In this document: one piece after another, positions 19,570 to 28,834 of the stretch
How the letters are laid out: each line of letters starts with the position of its first letter
Numbering within the stretch: position 1 is the stretch's first letter
From: an uncultured Oscillospiraceae bacterium
GTDB lineage: Bacteria > Bacillota > Clostridia > Christensenellales > Aristaeellaceae
Reading direction: 5' to 3'
Assembly: GCA_964453505.1 (NCBI GenBank)
Contig: CAYVPJ010000014.1
Span: 240 to 64,239 of the forward strand
Length of the DNA: 64,000 bases
Program-made: the position numbers and the translations under genes
Notes under the pieces: model-generated
Seen by the model: only the letters and a program-made list of their open reading frames with translations
What the model was told of the DNA's origin: nothing
Database searches by the model: none

Positions 19570-20295
19570 TTATTCGAAAACGACCGACTCTACATTGAAC
19601 GTACCCGATTCGTTTGTCCAGATATTGCATGTCAAGCCGCGCGCAGTCTCCCCGCCTTCAAAGGATCGGGCATAGACGAAATGAATCGCCGTCATGCCTG
19701 CGCCGTTCATTGCGGTTTCGAAGGTTGCGGCATAAACGCCGCCTGCGCCGACCGCGCCATCTTCCGCTTCAAACGCGATATAATCATCGGATACGAAGTT
19801 TAGGCATTTATCCGTATCCATGGCATATGTCCACGCGTAACCCGTCGTGGCATTGGCTTCAAGATAGAAGGTGATCTCGCTCTGCTCCGTTATTTTGTAT
19901 GCATCGGCTACGTCCAAGAATATCGAGCCATTTTCGGCGCGGACGCTGAAGAAAAGCTGTCCGCAAACAACGTCTTCTGCTCCTGTTTCGGTGAAGATAA
20001 TCTTGGTTTCCCCTGTTGCTTCGGGAACAGCGCGGAAGGAAGCGGCATACTGGGCGGTTTCTCCGATAAAATCGGGCTCATCGCCGTTAAACTCGCTTGT
20101 TATCAGCTCGACAACATTATCGTCTTCAACAACGAAATCCCAAGTCGTTTCCGCGGGCATGGCGACATTAACGCGAATCGTAACGGATTCGCTGCCCGTT
20201 AATTCAACCTCATAAGGCTTGATATGTATTTCTTCTGCATAGGCAACGGAAACAAGCATTGTCAGCGCGACCAGAACAACCAGAAAACGTTTCAT
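19570..20295 (-). CDS. Secreted tandem chagasin-like (MEROPS I42) cysteine-peptidase inhibitor
   Basis: RBS GGAGG. Signal peptide MKRFLVVLVALTMLVSVAYA. Second domain carries LEANATTGYAWTY (the NPTTGY-W motif), AVGAGGVY (GxGG) and YARSFEGGE. First domain is a degenerate copy (AMPAETTWDF). Confidence 0.7.
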   Translation of the reverse strand: MKRFLVVLVALTMLVSVAYAEEIHIKPYEVELTGSESVTIRVNVAMPAETTWDFVVEDDNVVELITSEFNGDEPDFIGETAQYAASFRAVPEATGETKIIFTETGAEDVVCGQLFFSVRAENGSIFLDVADAYKITEQSEITFYLEANATTGYAWTYAMDTDKCLNFVSDDYIAFEAEDGAVGAGGVYAATFETAMNGAGMTAIHFVYARSFEGGETARGLTCNIWTNESGTFNVESVVFE

Positions 20296-20482
20296 GAATG
20301 ATTCCTCCTACTTCTGTATGAAGTCTGCCCCCGACTCCGCGGAATCCGATGAGAGGCGAGACAACACAAATGCGGCATGATGTAAACTCAGCCGCATTCA
20401 GTATAGTCCGGTCTCCAAACTTCGTCAACAAAAATATTTATCGCGAATAAAATTTTATTATAGCCCGTTACCCCGATACCGC

Positions 20483-21886
20483 TTAAACGCCCGACACTTT
20501 CGCGCAGCCCACGCGGTACGAACCTGAATCGAGCAGTTCGCGCTTCATGCCCAGTTCTATGGGCTTATCGCCTTCAAACAGGCCGAACGACACATCGTAT
20601 TCGCCTTCAGGGACGTCGCGCAGGTTTAGCATTACGCGCATAAGTTTTTTATCGCCCGCCGCGATGCTCCTGTTGTCGATGTCGACGGGCAGCGTGACTT
20701 TCCTGTCGGCGTTTGCAAGCGTGAAGCGCGCGTCGTATTTCGTGTAGCACGGCGCGAATCCCCTGTTTTCGAGCGCTATCGCAATATAGTTCTTGGCTCC
20801 CGAAACCATCTCAGGAATCTGTACCCCGTCAATGAAGTACCAATAGCCCAAACGGTTGGCGCAATACTCCGTTATGTCAGGGAACATTTCAAGCCATGGG
20901 CGCGGATAACCGTGGAAGCCCGCGTATGTGGCGTGCGTGCGCCGCATAGCCTCGACGAAAGGCAGTCCGCCGCGCATATATTTGCCGCCGTCTCTGAGTA
21001 TTTCGTGATAGTGCTGCAACTCTAAATCTATCGGCGCGTATTTATAGAACTCGTCGAACATATACGGCGTGCGCAGCGTGTCGTAGCCGTATCGCTCGGC
21101 GTACCAATCCACCGAAACCGAATCGTCGCGCAGCCCGAAGCCGAGCTGTTTGCAGTATTCGAGCAGCTTCGCGCTCTCAACCTGACCCGCTCTGGGAGCG
21201 CGGTGGTTTATATGGTCGTCGTTCAGCAGTATCTGCGTATCGGGGAAATATAGCGCGTGTAAGTCCATATGCCTCTTCATAACGTCGTACGGCCATGTCT
21301 TTTCCGAACCGAAGCTCGAATGACCTTCGCCCCACGTGCCGAACGTGCCCACGTCTATGGTTTCGAGCAGCTTATGCCCGTTGAACTCGCGCCCGAGCGC
21401 GCGCATGAACGCGTCCAGCTTTTTTAGGTAGATCGGGTCTCCGTAGTCGGGCTCGCGCTTTCCTCCGGGCAGAACCGTATACTTCGCGCCCGCTTCATAC
21501 ACGAATTTGGGCGTTGCGTTCGCGCGCTCGCCTTCGGTTGCCGATTCGAACGTACACGCGCGCATCGAGAACCGAAATCCCCGCGCCCCCCACTTTTCGA
21601 TTATCTCGTAGAGCCTGTCGAACCTGAACGCGCCCTCCGTCGGCTCTATGTCGCCCCAGTCGAACCGCAAATACAGATGGTTCAGCCCAGGGAAATCCGC
21701 GAGCGCGTCGTCTGGGTCGTGCTCCGCGCGGTATTTATCACTCCCGAAGCCGTTGTCGATATAGTGCCAATACCAGCCCTTGTGCGGGTTCTTCAGCACC
21801 GCGTTATCGTCCTGCCAGTCGCGCAGGTCGATAAAATCGGGCAAATGCCATTCGTCGTTGTGATATGAACGCTCCATTTTTGCCAT
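20483..21886 (-). CDS. Clan GH-A-type TIM-barrel glycoside hydrolase, DUF4874/DUF4832-like
   Basis: Motifs NPHKGWYWHY, LRFDWGDIEPTEGAFRFDRL and VGTFGTWGEGHSS (candidate acid/base Glu). No signal peptide. Confidence 0.7.
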   Translation of the reverse strand: MAKMERSYHNDEWHLPDFIDLRDWQDDNAVLKNPHKGWYWHYIDNGFGSDKYRAEHDPDDALADFPGLNHLYLRFDWGDIEPTEGAFRFDRLYEIIEKWGARGFRFSMRACTFESATEGERANATPKFVYEAGAKYTVLPGGKREPDYGDPIYLKKLDAFMRALGREFNGHKLLETIDVGTFGTWGEGHSSFGSEKTWPYDVMKRHMDLHALYFPDTQILLNDDHINHRAPRAGQVESAKLLEYCKQLGFGLRDDSVSVDWYAERYGYDTLRTPYMFDEFYKYAPIDLELQHYHEILRDGGKYMRGGLPFVEAMRRTHATYAGFHGYPRPWLEMFPDITEYCANRLGYWYFIDGVQIPEMVSGAKNYIAIALENRGFAPCYTKYDARFTLANADRKVTLPVDIDNRSIAAGDKKLMRVMLNLRDVPEGEYDVSFGLFEGDKPIELGMKRELLDSGSYRVGCAKVSGV

Positions 21887-22125
21887 CGTATGCCGTCCTC
21901 CGTATTTTCTATTTGTGTCTGTTCGTCATTCTCACGCTGTCACGCGCTTTACGCGCGACACGCTTCCGATGAACACGCAGTGGGGATTAAGTAAGTATAA
22001 AGTGTCAGTAAGCTTGTTTAGCCAGATGCCATCGCCCGCGTTTTATATGCGCCTGTAAACCTCGCGCCGCCTTGCGAAGCCCTCGTTGCCGGCGCTGTCG
22101 CGCATGAATCCGAGTGGCATATGCG

Positions 22126-23205
22126 TCAACCCGCTCTCATTACGCTTTCGGAATACTCGCGAACCCTGTCGCCCAGTCGCAGCGCCGAGTCCTTATCGCT
22201 TCCGAATATTTCGAGCATCAGCCCGCATACGCCGCGCGTAGAGTCTATCACGCGCTTATAAAAGCTGAACGCGTCCTCGTTATTCGGAATCCAGAATACG
22301 CGCAGAAATTTTCCGCGAGCGTGCGGCAATATTTCACCGTCCGAATGATGCGCGAACTGCGGGTCAAAGCCCATAAGCCCCTCGACGCGCGACATTGGTT
22401 CTATGCACTGGCGGTATCTCATGCAGCAGTGCAATGTCAAACCCCCGAACGCCCGCGACAGCCTTTCCGCGTAAGGCGCGGCAAACTCTTCGTATATGCG
22501 CGGCGACAAGAACGCCGCGTCGTCATCGCTTAAATGAATGCCGCGCGTAATCGGGTAGTCGTGACCGAAACCGAGCCAGTTCTGCACTGTGCCTGCCTGA
22601 AAGCGGTTGATTTCCTCTATCGACTCCGTAAGCATGTCCAGCAGCGCATGAATGGGTTCGGGTTCTTCATACATGGCGCACATGGCTTCCTGCGTGTCCA
22701 TAATTTCCGTCAATACGTCCATGGGCGATTGCGTGTCGGATGATACGAACAGAACATCACCCAAACGCTCCTCGATAATATGCATACGGCGCGTGATTTC
22801 GGGATAAAACCCGCATTCGCATATGTTTTCGGGCTTCCTGAACGCGCTTATCTGTTCGATCGAATGAATTATAGGCTTCGCGTTTATAACGTTTCCGATG
22901 AATATCGGTTTGCAGCCGTATGCTATCGCCATCAAATACGCAACGCGGCAGAAATCGACGCGCATGAACGGTATGTTGTCGAAGCCGCGGTCGCAAGATT
23001 CGCTCAGCATGTTGTAATATGACAGATACAGCTTGTATTCCTGCTCAAAATCGTTATAACACGCGGGCTGATCGAACATGTCGAATCTGCCGCCCGTCCA
23101 CTCGACCTTGACCAGTATGTCGTCCGAACCGCCGAGCAGGCGGTCGAGCCTGCGCTTGTTTCTATCAATCTTGCGGCGGTCAAGGTTGTATAGCTCGCTC
23201 AGCAT
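22126..23205 (-). CDS. Divergent URO-D (uroporphyrinogen decarboxylase)-fold family protein
   Basis: ATG at 23205 follows GGAGGG and overlaps the upstream stop (ATGCTGA). Segments SPMDVLTEIMDTQEAMCAMYEEPEPIHALLDMLTESI and IHLSDDDAAFLSPRIYEEFAAPYAERL resemble the URO-D fold. The ORF-track extension to 23337 is rejected. Confidence 0.55.
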   Translation of the reverse strand: MLSELYNLDRRKIDRNKRRLDRLLGGSDDILVKVEWTGGRFDMFDQPACYNDFEQEYKLYLSYYNMLSESCDRGFDNIPFMRVDFCRVAYLMAIAYGCKPIFIGNVINAKPIIHSIEQISAFRKPENICECGFYPEITRRMHIIEERLGDVLFVSSDTQSPMDVLTEIMDTQEAMCAMYEEPEPIHALLDMLTESIEEINRFQAGTVQNWLGFGHDYPITRGIHLSDDDAAFLSPRIYEEFAAPYAERLSRAFGGLTLHCCMRYRQCIEPMSRVEGLMGFDPQFAHHSDGEILPHARGKFLRVFWIPNNEDAFSFYKRVIDSTRGVCGLMLEIFGSDKDSALRLGDRVREYSESVMRAG

Positions 23206-24890
23206 GACGCGCCCTCCTTGAGCTTCAGCCTGTGCGCGAGCATCAAAAACACGCTCGACGACCATGTGTACGCCCTGTCGCGCAAACCCGCGCCCGTCAG
23301 CGCGTCGTAGTTTTCGGAAAAACCGCCCGCCTCGCACATGTCTATGAACGCTTCGGCGATTTGGTCGGCGAGTTTCGTTTCAGAACACGCGTCGAGCGCC
23401 TGTATCATAAGCCACGTCGACGGCGCCCAGATAGGCCCGCGCCAATAGCCGTCGGGCACGTAGTACTTGCTTGAGACGCTCTCCGTCGCAAACCCGTGCT
23501 TCGTCAGAAAGCGCCCGCTTTGTTTAAGCGCCGCCAGCATGTTTTCGCGTATATGCGCGGGAAGCCGTTCGCCCATTATGAGCGGCATGAAGTTCAGAAG
23601 CGTGTCTCCGTCCGCTACATCATGCGAGCCGTTGACCATGGAATACAGCCTCCCGTCCCTCACGAAATGCTTTATTAGTCTGAGCGTCAATTCGCGCGCC
23701 TGTTCGGCGCGAACAGAGGACTCCTCTCGCCAGCCGAGCAGCGCCGCCGCTTCGGACAGGCATTCGAGCTGCAAAACCAGAAACGCCGCGAGATCGCAGC
23801 CTTCGACCGTCGGTGAAGACAGAAACGCAGTCGAGTTGTCCCAGCCGCTGTCGTTTCCGTGGTTGTACTGAGGTATGCCGTCGGAATCGTAATCGCGATA
23901 TGTAAACCACCAGTCCGTCCAGCGCGCGAGCGGTTCGTATATCTTTTCAAGCCTTTCGCGCGTCGCGCAGGCGGGGGATTTTATAAGGCGCTTGAGCGTA
24001 AGCCCGTGAATGGGGGGCTTCACGAAGTTTCTGATTATGTCGGAATCGCATATGCAGTCGGGCAGAGAGCCGGTTTCGTCCTGCTCGTCAAAAGGCAGAA
24101 CGAACTGCGCCCACGCGAGGTCGGGATCGGCTTCCGCGAGCGCGAGCGCGTTGAAGCAGTGATCCCAGCTCCAAACGTTGTTCATCCAGTTCTTGCTCAT
24201 GAGCATTGCGTCGCGCCTGAAATAACCCTCAGGGGCGACGACCGCCGACCAGTTCGTCAGAGCCGCTTTCTCGCGCAAGCCTTCGTAACGCTCGGGCACG
24301 CTAAGCTGACGCGCGAGAAACTTTTGAAAGTCCGCTTCGAGCGTCTCGGCGCACTCGTCGAAAGGCTTATCAAAATCCGCGCCCGTGAACACGTTTCTGT
24401 ATTCGCTTATGGCGATTTCGCCCTCAAAAGTAGCCAGAATGCTTTCGCAGCGCATGTCGCGCCACGGGGCTTGCACGTCGAGACTCCCGCGCAGGGGCGC
24501 GAACAGAAATTTGTGGCTCGCCGCGTTTATTTCATACCGTCCGTCGCCTACGGCATACGCGAGGTGATACTGCCCGCAGTCGTTCATAGCCAGCCGAACC
24601 GCACAATCGCGCGCGCGCATCCTGAGCGTGCGCGCGTCCGAGAACGTCGCTTCGAAAAGTATCGAATCCGAATCATCGTATACGCGCATCAAGCCCGCCT
24701 TAAGACGCGCCGCAAACGGTATTTCGCGCCCGTCTTTTACGACCGTCACCCTGAAAAGCGGGCGGAAGCGCTCCGAGCCGTGAACGCTGCGCAGATAGAG
24801 CGTGTCTCCGAATTTGCCGCCGGAAGCGTAACCGATAGCGAAATATGAACCGTATACGCTGAAAGGCATGTCGCGAACGCTGTATTCCAT
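23199..24890 (-). CDS. (alpha/alpha)6-barrel glycoside hydrolase, GH63 / MGH1-like
   Basis: Motifs WSWDHCF, YNHGNDSGWDNS, DGYWRGPIWAPSTW and GGFSENYDALTG. No signal peptide. Confidence 0.75.
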   Translation of the reverse strand: MEYSVRDMPFSVYGSYFAIGYASGGKFGDTLYLRSVHGSERFRPLFRVTVVKDGREIPFAARLKAGLMRVYDDSDSILFEATFSDARTLRMRARDCAVRLAMNDCGQYHLAYAVGDGRYEINAASHKFLFAPLRGSLDVQAPWRDMRCESILATFEGEIAISEYRNVFTGADFDKPFDECAETLEADFQKFLARQLSVPERYEGLREKAALTNWSAVVAPEGYFRRDAMLMSKNWMNNVWSWDHCFNALALAEADPDLAWAQFVLPFDEQDETGSLPDCICDSDIIRNFVKPPIHGLTLKRLIKSPACATRERLEKIYEPLARWTDWWFTYRDYDSDGIPQYNHGNDSGWDNSTAFLSSPTVEGCDLAAFLVLQLECLSEAAALLGWREESSVRAEQARELTLRLIKHFVRDGRLYSMVNGSHDVADGDTLLNFMPLIMGERLPAHIRENMLAALKQSGRFLTKHGFATESVSSKYYVPDGYWRGPIWAPSTWLMIQALDACSETKLADQIAEAFIDMCEAGGFSENYDALTGAGLRDRAYTWSSSVFLMLAHRLKLKEGASC

Positions 24891-24904
24891 AGTTTTCCTC
24901 CCGT

Positions 24905-25972
24905 TTATTCGAAACTGCCGACTTCTTTGGCTACCTCGATTATGTGCCTGAAATCCTTTAGGCTCACATCGGGCGGCACGGAATGGTCGGATGCGAATAT
25001 ATAGCCGCCGCCGCGCTTCATTTCGGGCACGACCCTGCGTACCTCCGCTTCCATGGCGGCGGTATTAGACCAGTTGACAGCGTTTATGCCGCCGTAGAAA
25101 GCGAGCTCGCTCCCGTACAGCCGTTTGAGCGCCGTCGGGTTCATGCCGGCCTTGACTTCGAGCGGGTTCAGACAGTCAAGCCCTATGTCTATGAAATCGG
25201 GTATCAGCGAATCGACCTTGCCGCACGAGTGCATTAAGGCGGGTATGCCGTGCGCGTGCGCCCAGTCTATCGCCTTTTTGTGGGCGGGCTTCAAAAGCCG
25301 CCTGTACATATCGGGCGAGAAGAACAGCGTGCCTTTATAACCCAAATCGTCAGGCCAACGCAGCGCGTCAAAATCGTAGCCCGCCGCCCACATGCGGTCG
25401 TACAGCTTTAACTGAGTGTCCAGAAAATGATGAAACATCTCGACGCACCAGTCCGGCTCTTCTATCAGCGCCGTCAGTATGCACTCGGTGCCGCACACCC
25501 ACGAGTGCAGCCAGTCGAAACCGAAGAACAGATCGCACATTATAAACGCCCCGCGTTCGCGCGCGTTCTTATAGTTGGTCGAAAGCCACTGCCATGGTAT
25601 GCGGTCGTCGGTGGGCGCGATTCGCTCCTTCGCATTACGCCATATATCGGGGCTTGTTATGGTGTGTTCTATGAACTGCGGCGTCGAATCGAGCTTTTTG
25701 AACGATTTCTGAGTGACGCCCCATTTCGTCGTGTATATAACGAATCTGTCGGTTTCCTCGACAACGCGTTCCTCATAGCGCGGGCTGTTGTCCGCGCTTA
25801 TGAGCAATATGTCGTCAAGCCCGAAAAACTCTTTGTAATCAGCGCCTTCGGGCATACCTTCCTCGCGCCAGCGCGCCAGTGTGCCCTGCCACGGGTCGTC
25901 TATAACCGGCACGCGATCGGCTTCTCTGTGAGCGATCGCCCGCGAAACGCGTTCCCGCGTCGTCATTTTCAT
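24905..25972 (-). CDS. URO-D family protein (HemE/MtaA-like fold), non-haem context
   Basis: N-terminal MTTRERVSRAIAHREADRVPV and C-terminal GGYIFASDHSVPPDVSLKDF are typical of the Firmicutes URO-D family proteins I recall. RBS GGAGG. Confidence 0.8.
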   Translation of the reverse strand: MKMTTRERVSRAIAHREADRVPVIDDPWQGTLARWREEGMPEGADYKEFFGLDDILLISADNSPRYEERVVEETDRFVIYTTKWGVTQKSFKKLDSTPQFIEHTITSPDIWRNAKERIAPTDDRIPWQWLSTNYKNARERGAFIMCDLFFGFDWLHSWVCGTECILTALIEEPDWCVEMFHHFLDTQLKLYDRMWAAGYDFDALRWPDDLGYKGTLFFSPDMYRRLLKPAHKKAIDWAHAHGIPALMHSCGKVDSLIPDFIDIGLDCLNPLEVKAGMNPTALKRLYGSELAFYGGINAVNWSNTAAMEAEVRRVVPEMKRGGGYIFASDHSVPPDVSLKDFRHIIEVAKEVGSFE

Positions 25973-26031
25973 GCGAATTACCTCCGTTTTATGAAGAGCG
26001 GTTTTCTCCGCTTAGCTGATGTCCGAGCCGT

Positions 26032-26817
26032 TCAGTCCATAGGCGGCGGATTTTGCCGGAGCGTGTCGAACGAACCCGCGTATGCGTTTATTGCCTGCCA
26101 GTCATTCGTCACCCGCTTGAAGCGGCCTATAGCGAAATCGCCGTTGGCGCTCCAATCGGCGAGCCAGCCCGTGCTCGCGTCCTTCCAATAGTCGCCGCCC
26201 GCGCTCGCGATATAATCGGCCAAAAAGCGGTCGTCGAACTTGCCTTCGTCCGCCAGTACCAGACGCACCTGAAATGTCGTGAACAGCGCGGATATATCGT
26301 CGGTATCGATATTGGCTCGCGACCCTGACGGCCAAAAGTGGAAGTTGAAGCCGCCGCCCGCCACGACCGATATGCCGCCGCCCCGTAAAGACTCGTTTCG
26401 TATGTCAGCCCGCGAGTTTTCGTTATTCGCAAAATCCTCTACGAACGCCGCGCCAGATATATCGTCGGAAGATTGCAGCGTTATCCATTCACCGGTCGTT
26501 TTGCTCAGATAATACGCCTTCATGCCCCTTATCTGCACGCGCGTGTTAAGCGCGTGATTGCCCTGCTCGCTTTCGTAAATCTGTCCCCACGCCGTAAACG
26601 CCGTGAATTTGCCCGACGCGGGATCGACGCCTATGCCAATGCGCGGCGCGTATGCCCAGTTCACACTCTTCGGAACGCCGTGCGGCGCGCGCTCGTGCGC
26701 GAGCGTCATGTCGTCAATTATAGTCTGAACGCTGTTTATATGTATCTCCTCCGCACATGCCGCAAACGGCGTCAATATCAATACCGCCACAAGTGAGAGC
26801 GCGACTCCGATTTTCAT
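26032..26817 (-). CDS. Secreted protein of unknown function
   Basis: Signal peptide MKIGVALSLVAVLILTPFAACA. No recognisable catalytic motif. Embedded in the glycan operon. Confidence 0.7.
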   Translation of the reverse strand: MKIGVALSLVAVLILTPFAACAEEIHINSVQTIIDDMTLAHERAPHGVPKSVNWAYAPRIGIGVDPASGKFTAFTAWGQIYESEQGNHALNTRVQIRGMKAYYLSKTTGEWITLQSSDDISGAAFVEDFANNENSRADIRNESLRGGGISVVAGGGFNFHFWPSGSRANIDTDDISALFTTFQVRLVLADEGKFDDRFLADYIASAGGDYWKDASTGWLADWSANGDFAIGRFKRVTNDWQAINAYAGSFDTLRQNPPPMD

Positions 26818-26835
26818 ATCAATTCTCCGAATAAT

Positions 26836-27525
26836 TTATTCCGCAAGCTGCGGCACGGCTCTTTTAAGAGCGTCCGCCATTAGTTGATAGGCGCTCCCGT
26901 TCGGGTGTATGCCGTCAAGCGAATACCCGCGGTTCAATGTAACGCCGTCTTCGAGGATAATTTCTGCGCTCAGATCCACATATACGGCGTCAAAGTCGCC
27001 CAGATTGGCTTTCAGGCGCGAGTTTATGTCGCATATCAGCAGATTGCGCTTTTCGTTGTTCAAACCGCCCGGTATCCAAGGCGGTATGTTGGTCGGCAGC
27101 AGTCCGCAGACCGCGCACTTTATACCCGCTTCCTTCGCGCGCTCCGCCAGAGCCAGCACGCCGTTCGATATATAGTCGAGCAGGCTATCGTAGCTGCGCT
27201 CGCCGTCCTCTGCCGCGTCGTCGAGCACCCAGATGTCGTTTATGCCTGCGAGCACAACGACCCAATCGGGTTTTAGCTGCGCGACGTCCGCGTCGAACCG
27301 CTTCAGCATATACTTAGGAACGTCGCCGCCTATGCCGCGGTTTATAAACGCGCCGTTCGCGCCGCTGAAGAACGCTCCCGGCTCGAAATTCTGAGTTATC
27401 GAGTCTCCGAGAAACACGCACTTGACAGAAGCGCCCGAAAGCGCGAGCGTCTCATTCTGCACATCGAACTCGTCCCTTCGGTTGTCGGCGTATACCACCT
27501 GCGAGAATTTTCCGGGCTTTATCAT
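26836..27525 (-). CDS. SGNH/GDSL-family hydrolase, likely carbohydrate esterase
   Basis: Block I VFLGDSIT, block III LAGINDI, block V DGIHPN. RBS GGAGG. Confidence 0.85.
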   Translation of the reverse strand: MIKPGKFSQVVYADNRRDEFDVQNETLALSGASVKCVFLGDSITQNFEPGAFFSGANGAFINRGIGGDVPKYMLKRFDADVAQLKPDWVVVLAGINDIWVLDDAAEDGERSYDSLLDYISNGVLALAERAKEAGIKCAVCGLLPTNIPPWIPGGLNNEKRNLLICDINSRLKANLGDFDAVYVDLSAEIILEDGVTLNRGYSLDGIHPNGSAYQLMADALKRAVPQLAE

Positions 27526-27541
27526 ATCGCGCCTCCTGTTG

Positions 27542-28813
27542 TTATTCGGCGATCAGCAGTTTCGACTCGTGCGGCCGCAGCTTGCACGCAATGCGGTCGC
27601 CCAGCTGCTCTCTTTCGCCCGTCCACGGGTCGAGCGCGCCTGAGCGCTTCTGCATAAAAACGTCGTTTACGTTTACGGACACCAAAGCGTCGACGTCCGA
27701 CAGGTTGAACAGCGCCGCCGCTTCTTTGTCTCCGAGCGACGCGCGCCAGACCGCGTCCGTATCCGTCGTGCGGACGGCGGCGTTTCCGGTTGAATGTTGA
27801 TTTATACAGAGCACTCTTTCGTTTGTCAAAAGCTCCAGCTCTTCTTTCGTAAGGTCGGGCATGTTCGCGCCCAGCATAAGCGGAGAGCGCGCCATCGCCC
27901 ACAGCGTCATGAGCGTTCTCTGCTCGATTGGCGAAAAACGCGTGCGCCGCGCGCTGCCCATAGGGCCGCGCAGGCAGATTCTGCCGAGCGGCAGCATGTC
28001 CGCGTCAGGCCAGCAGCCTTCGCTCCGATATGCCGACCAGTCGTCCAAGCGCTTGAACTGTGCCTTTAGCGCCCGCCACTCGTCCCAGAAATCGCCCGAC
28101 ACGCGCCACATATTCGCGTGTTCCCGAATGTGAGAGCCCCTGCTCAGCGGCGTTTCACCGGGCGAAGTGCTCACAACCATATCCCTGCCGCAGTTCGCGG
28201 CGGCTTGCGAGTAACCCTCTATTTCGCGCGCGTAATACGGATAGCTCAGATCGTCTATTTTGATGTAATCGACGCCCCAGTCAGTGTACAGCGCAAACAG
28301 CGAATCGATGTATTCCTGCGCGCCGTCCGCGCTCATATTCAGGCCGTACATATGGTTGAGCCATGGGCATACGCTGTTTGTGTCGGCTATATCCGCCGCG
28401 CGGGCGTTCGAATCGCATATGCGCGCGTTTACGGAAACCGCCTGACGCGGTATACCGCGCATTATGTGAATGCCGAATTTAAGCCCCATCGAATGCACCC
28501 TGTCCGATAAAGGCCGAAAGCCCAAGCCGCCGCGCGAAGACGGAAACCTGTCCTCGGCGGGAAGCAGCCGCCCAAATTCGTCCATGTTCAGGCGCGGTTC
28601 AAAATCAGAGGTCTGATGCGGGTTCGGGTCGTCCGACGCGCCGGGCATCGCCCATATGAAATCGACGACCACTGTGTTCCAGCCGAACGGCAGCAGATTC
28701 TTAGCCATATACTCGGCATTTTCAAGCACTTCGCGCTCGTTTACCGACCAGCCGAAGCAATCGAAGCTGTTCCAGCCCATGGGCGGCGTTTTTGCGATTG
28801 ACGTATTCCTCAT
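27542..28813 (-). CDS. GH27 alpha-galactosidase-like glycoside hydrolase
   Basis: Motifs TPPMGWNSFDCF, YIKIDD (nucleophile region) and WPDADMLPLG (acid/base region). No signal peptide. Confidence 0.85.
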   Translation of the reverse strand: MRNTSIAKTPPMGWNSFDCFGWSVNEREVLENAEYMAKNLLPFGWNTVVVDFIWAMPGASDDPNPHQTSDFEPRLNMDEFGRLLPAEDRFPSSRGGLGFRPLSDRVHSMGLKFGIHIMRGIPRQAVSVNARICDSNARAADIADTNSVCPWLNHMYGLNMSADGAQEYIDSLFALYTDWGVDYIKIDDLSYPYYAREIEGYSQAAANCGRDMVVSTSPGETPLSRGSHIREHANMWRVSGDFWDEWRALKAQFKRLDDWSAYRSEGCWPDADMLPLGRICLRGPMGSARRTRFSPIEQRTLMTLWAMARSPLMLGANMPDLTKEELELLTNERVLCINQHSTGNAAVRTTDTDAVWRASLGDKEAAALFNLSDVDALVSVNVNDVFMQKRSGALDPWTGEREQLGDRIACKLRPHESKLLIAE

Positions 28814-28834
28814 AAACCAGTTCCTCCGTTTATA

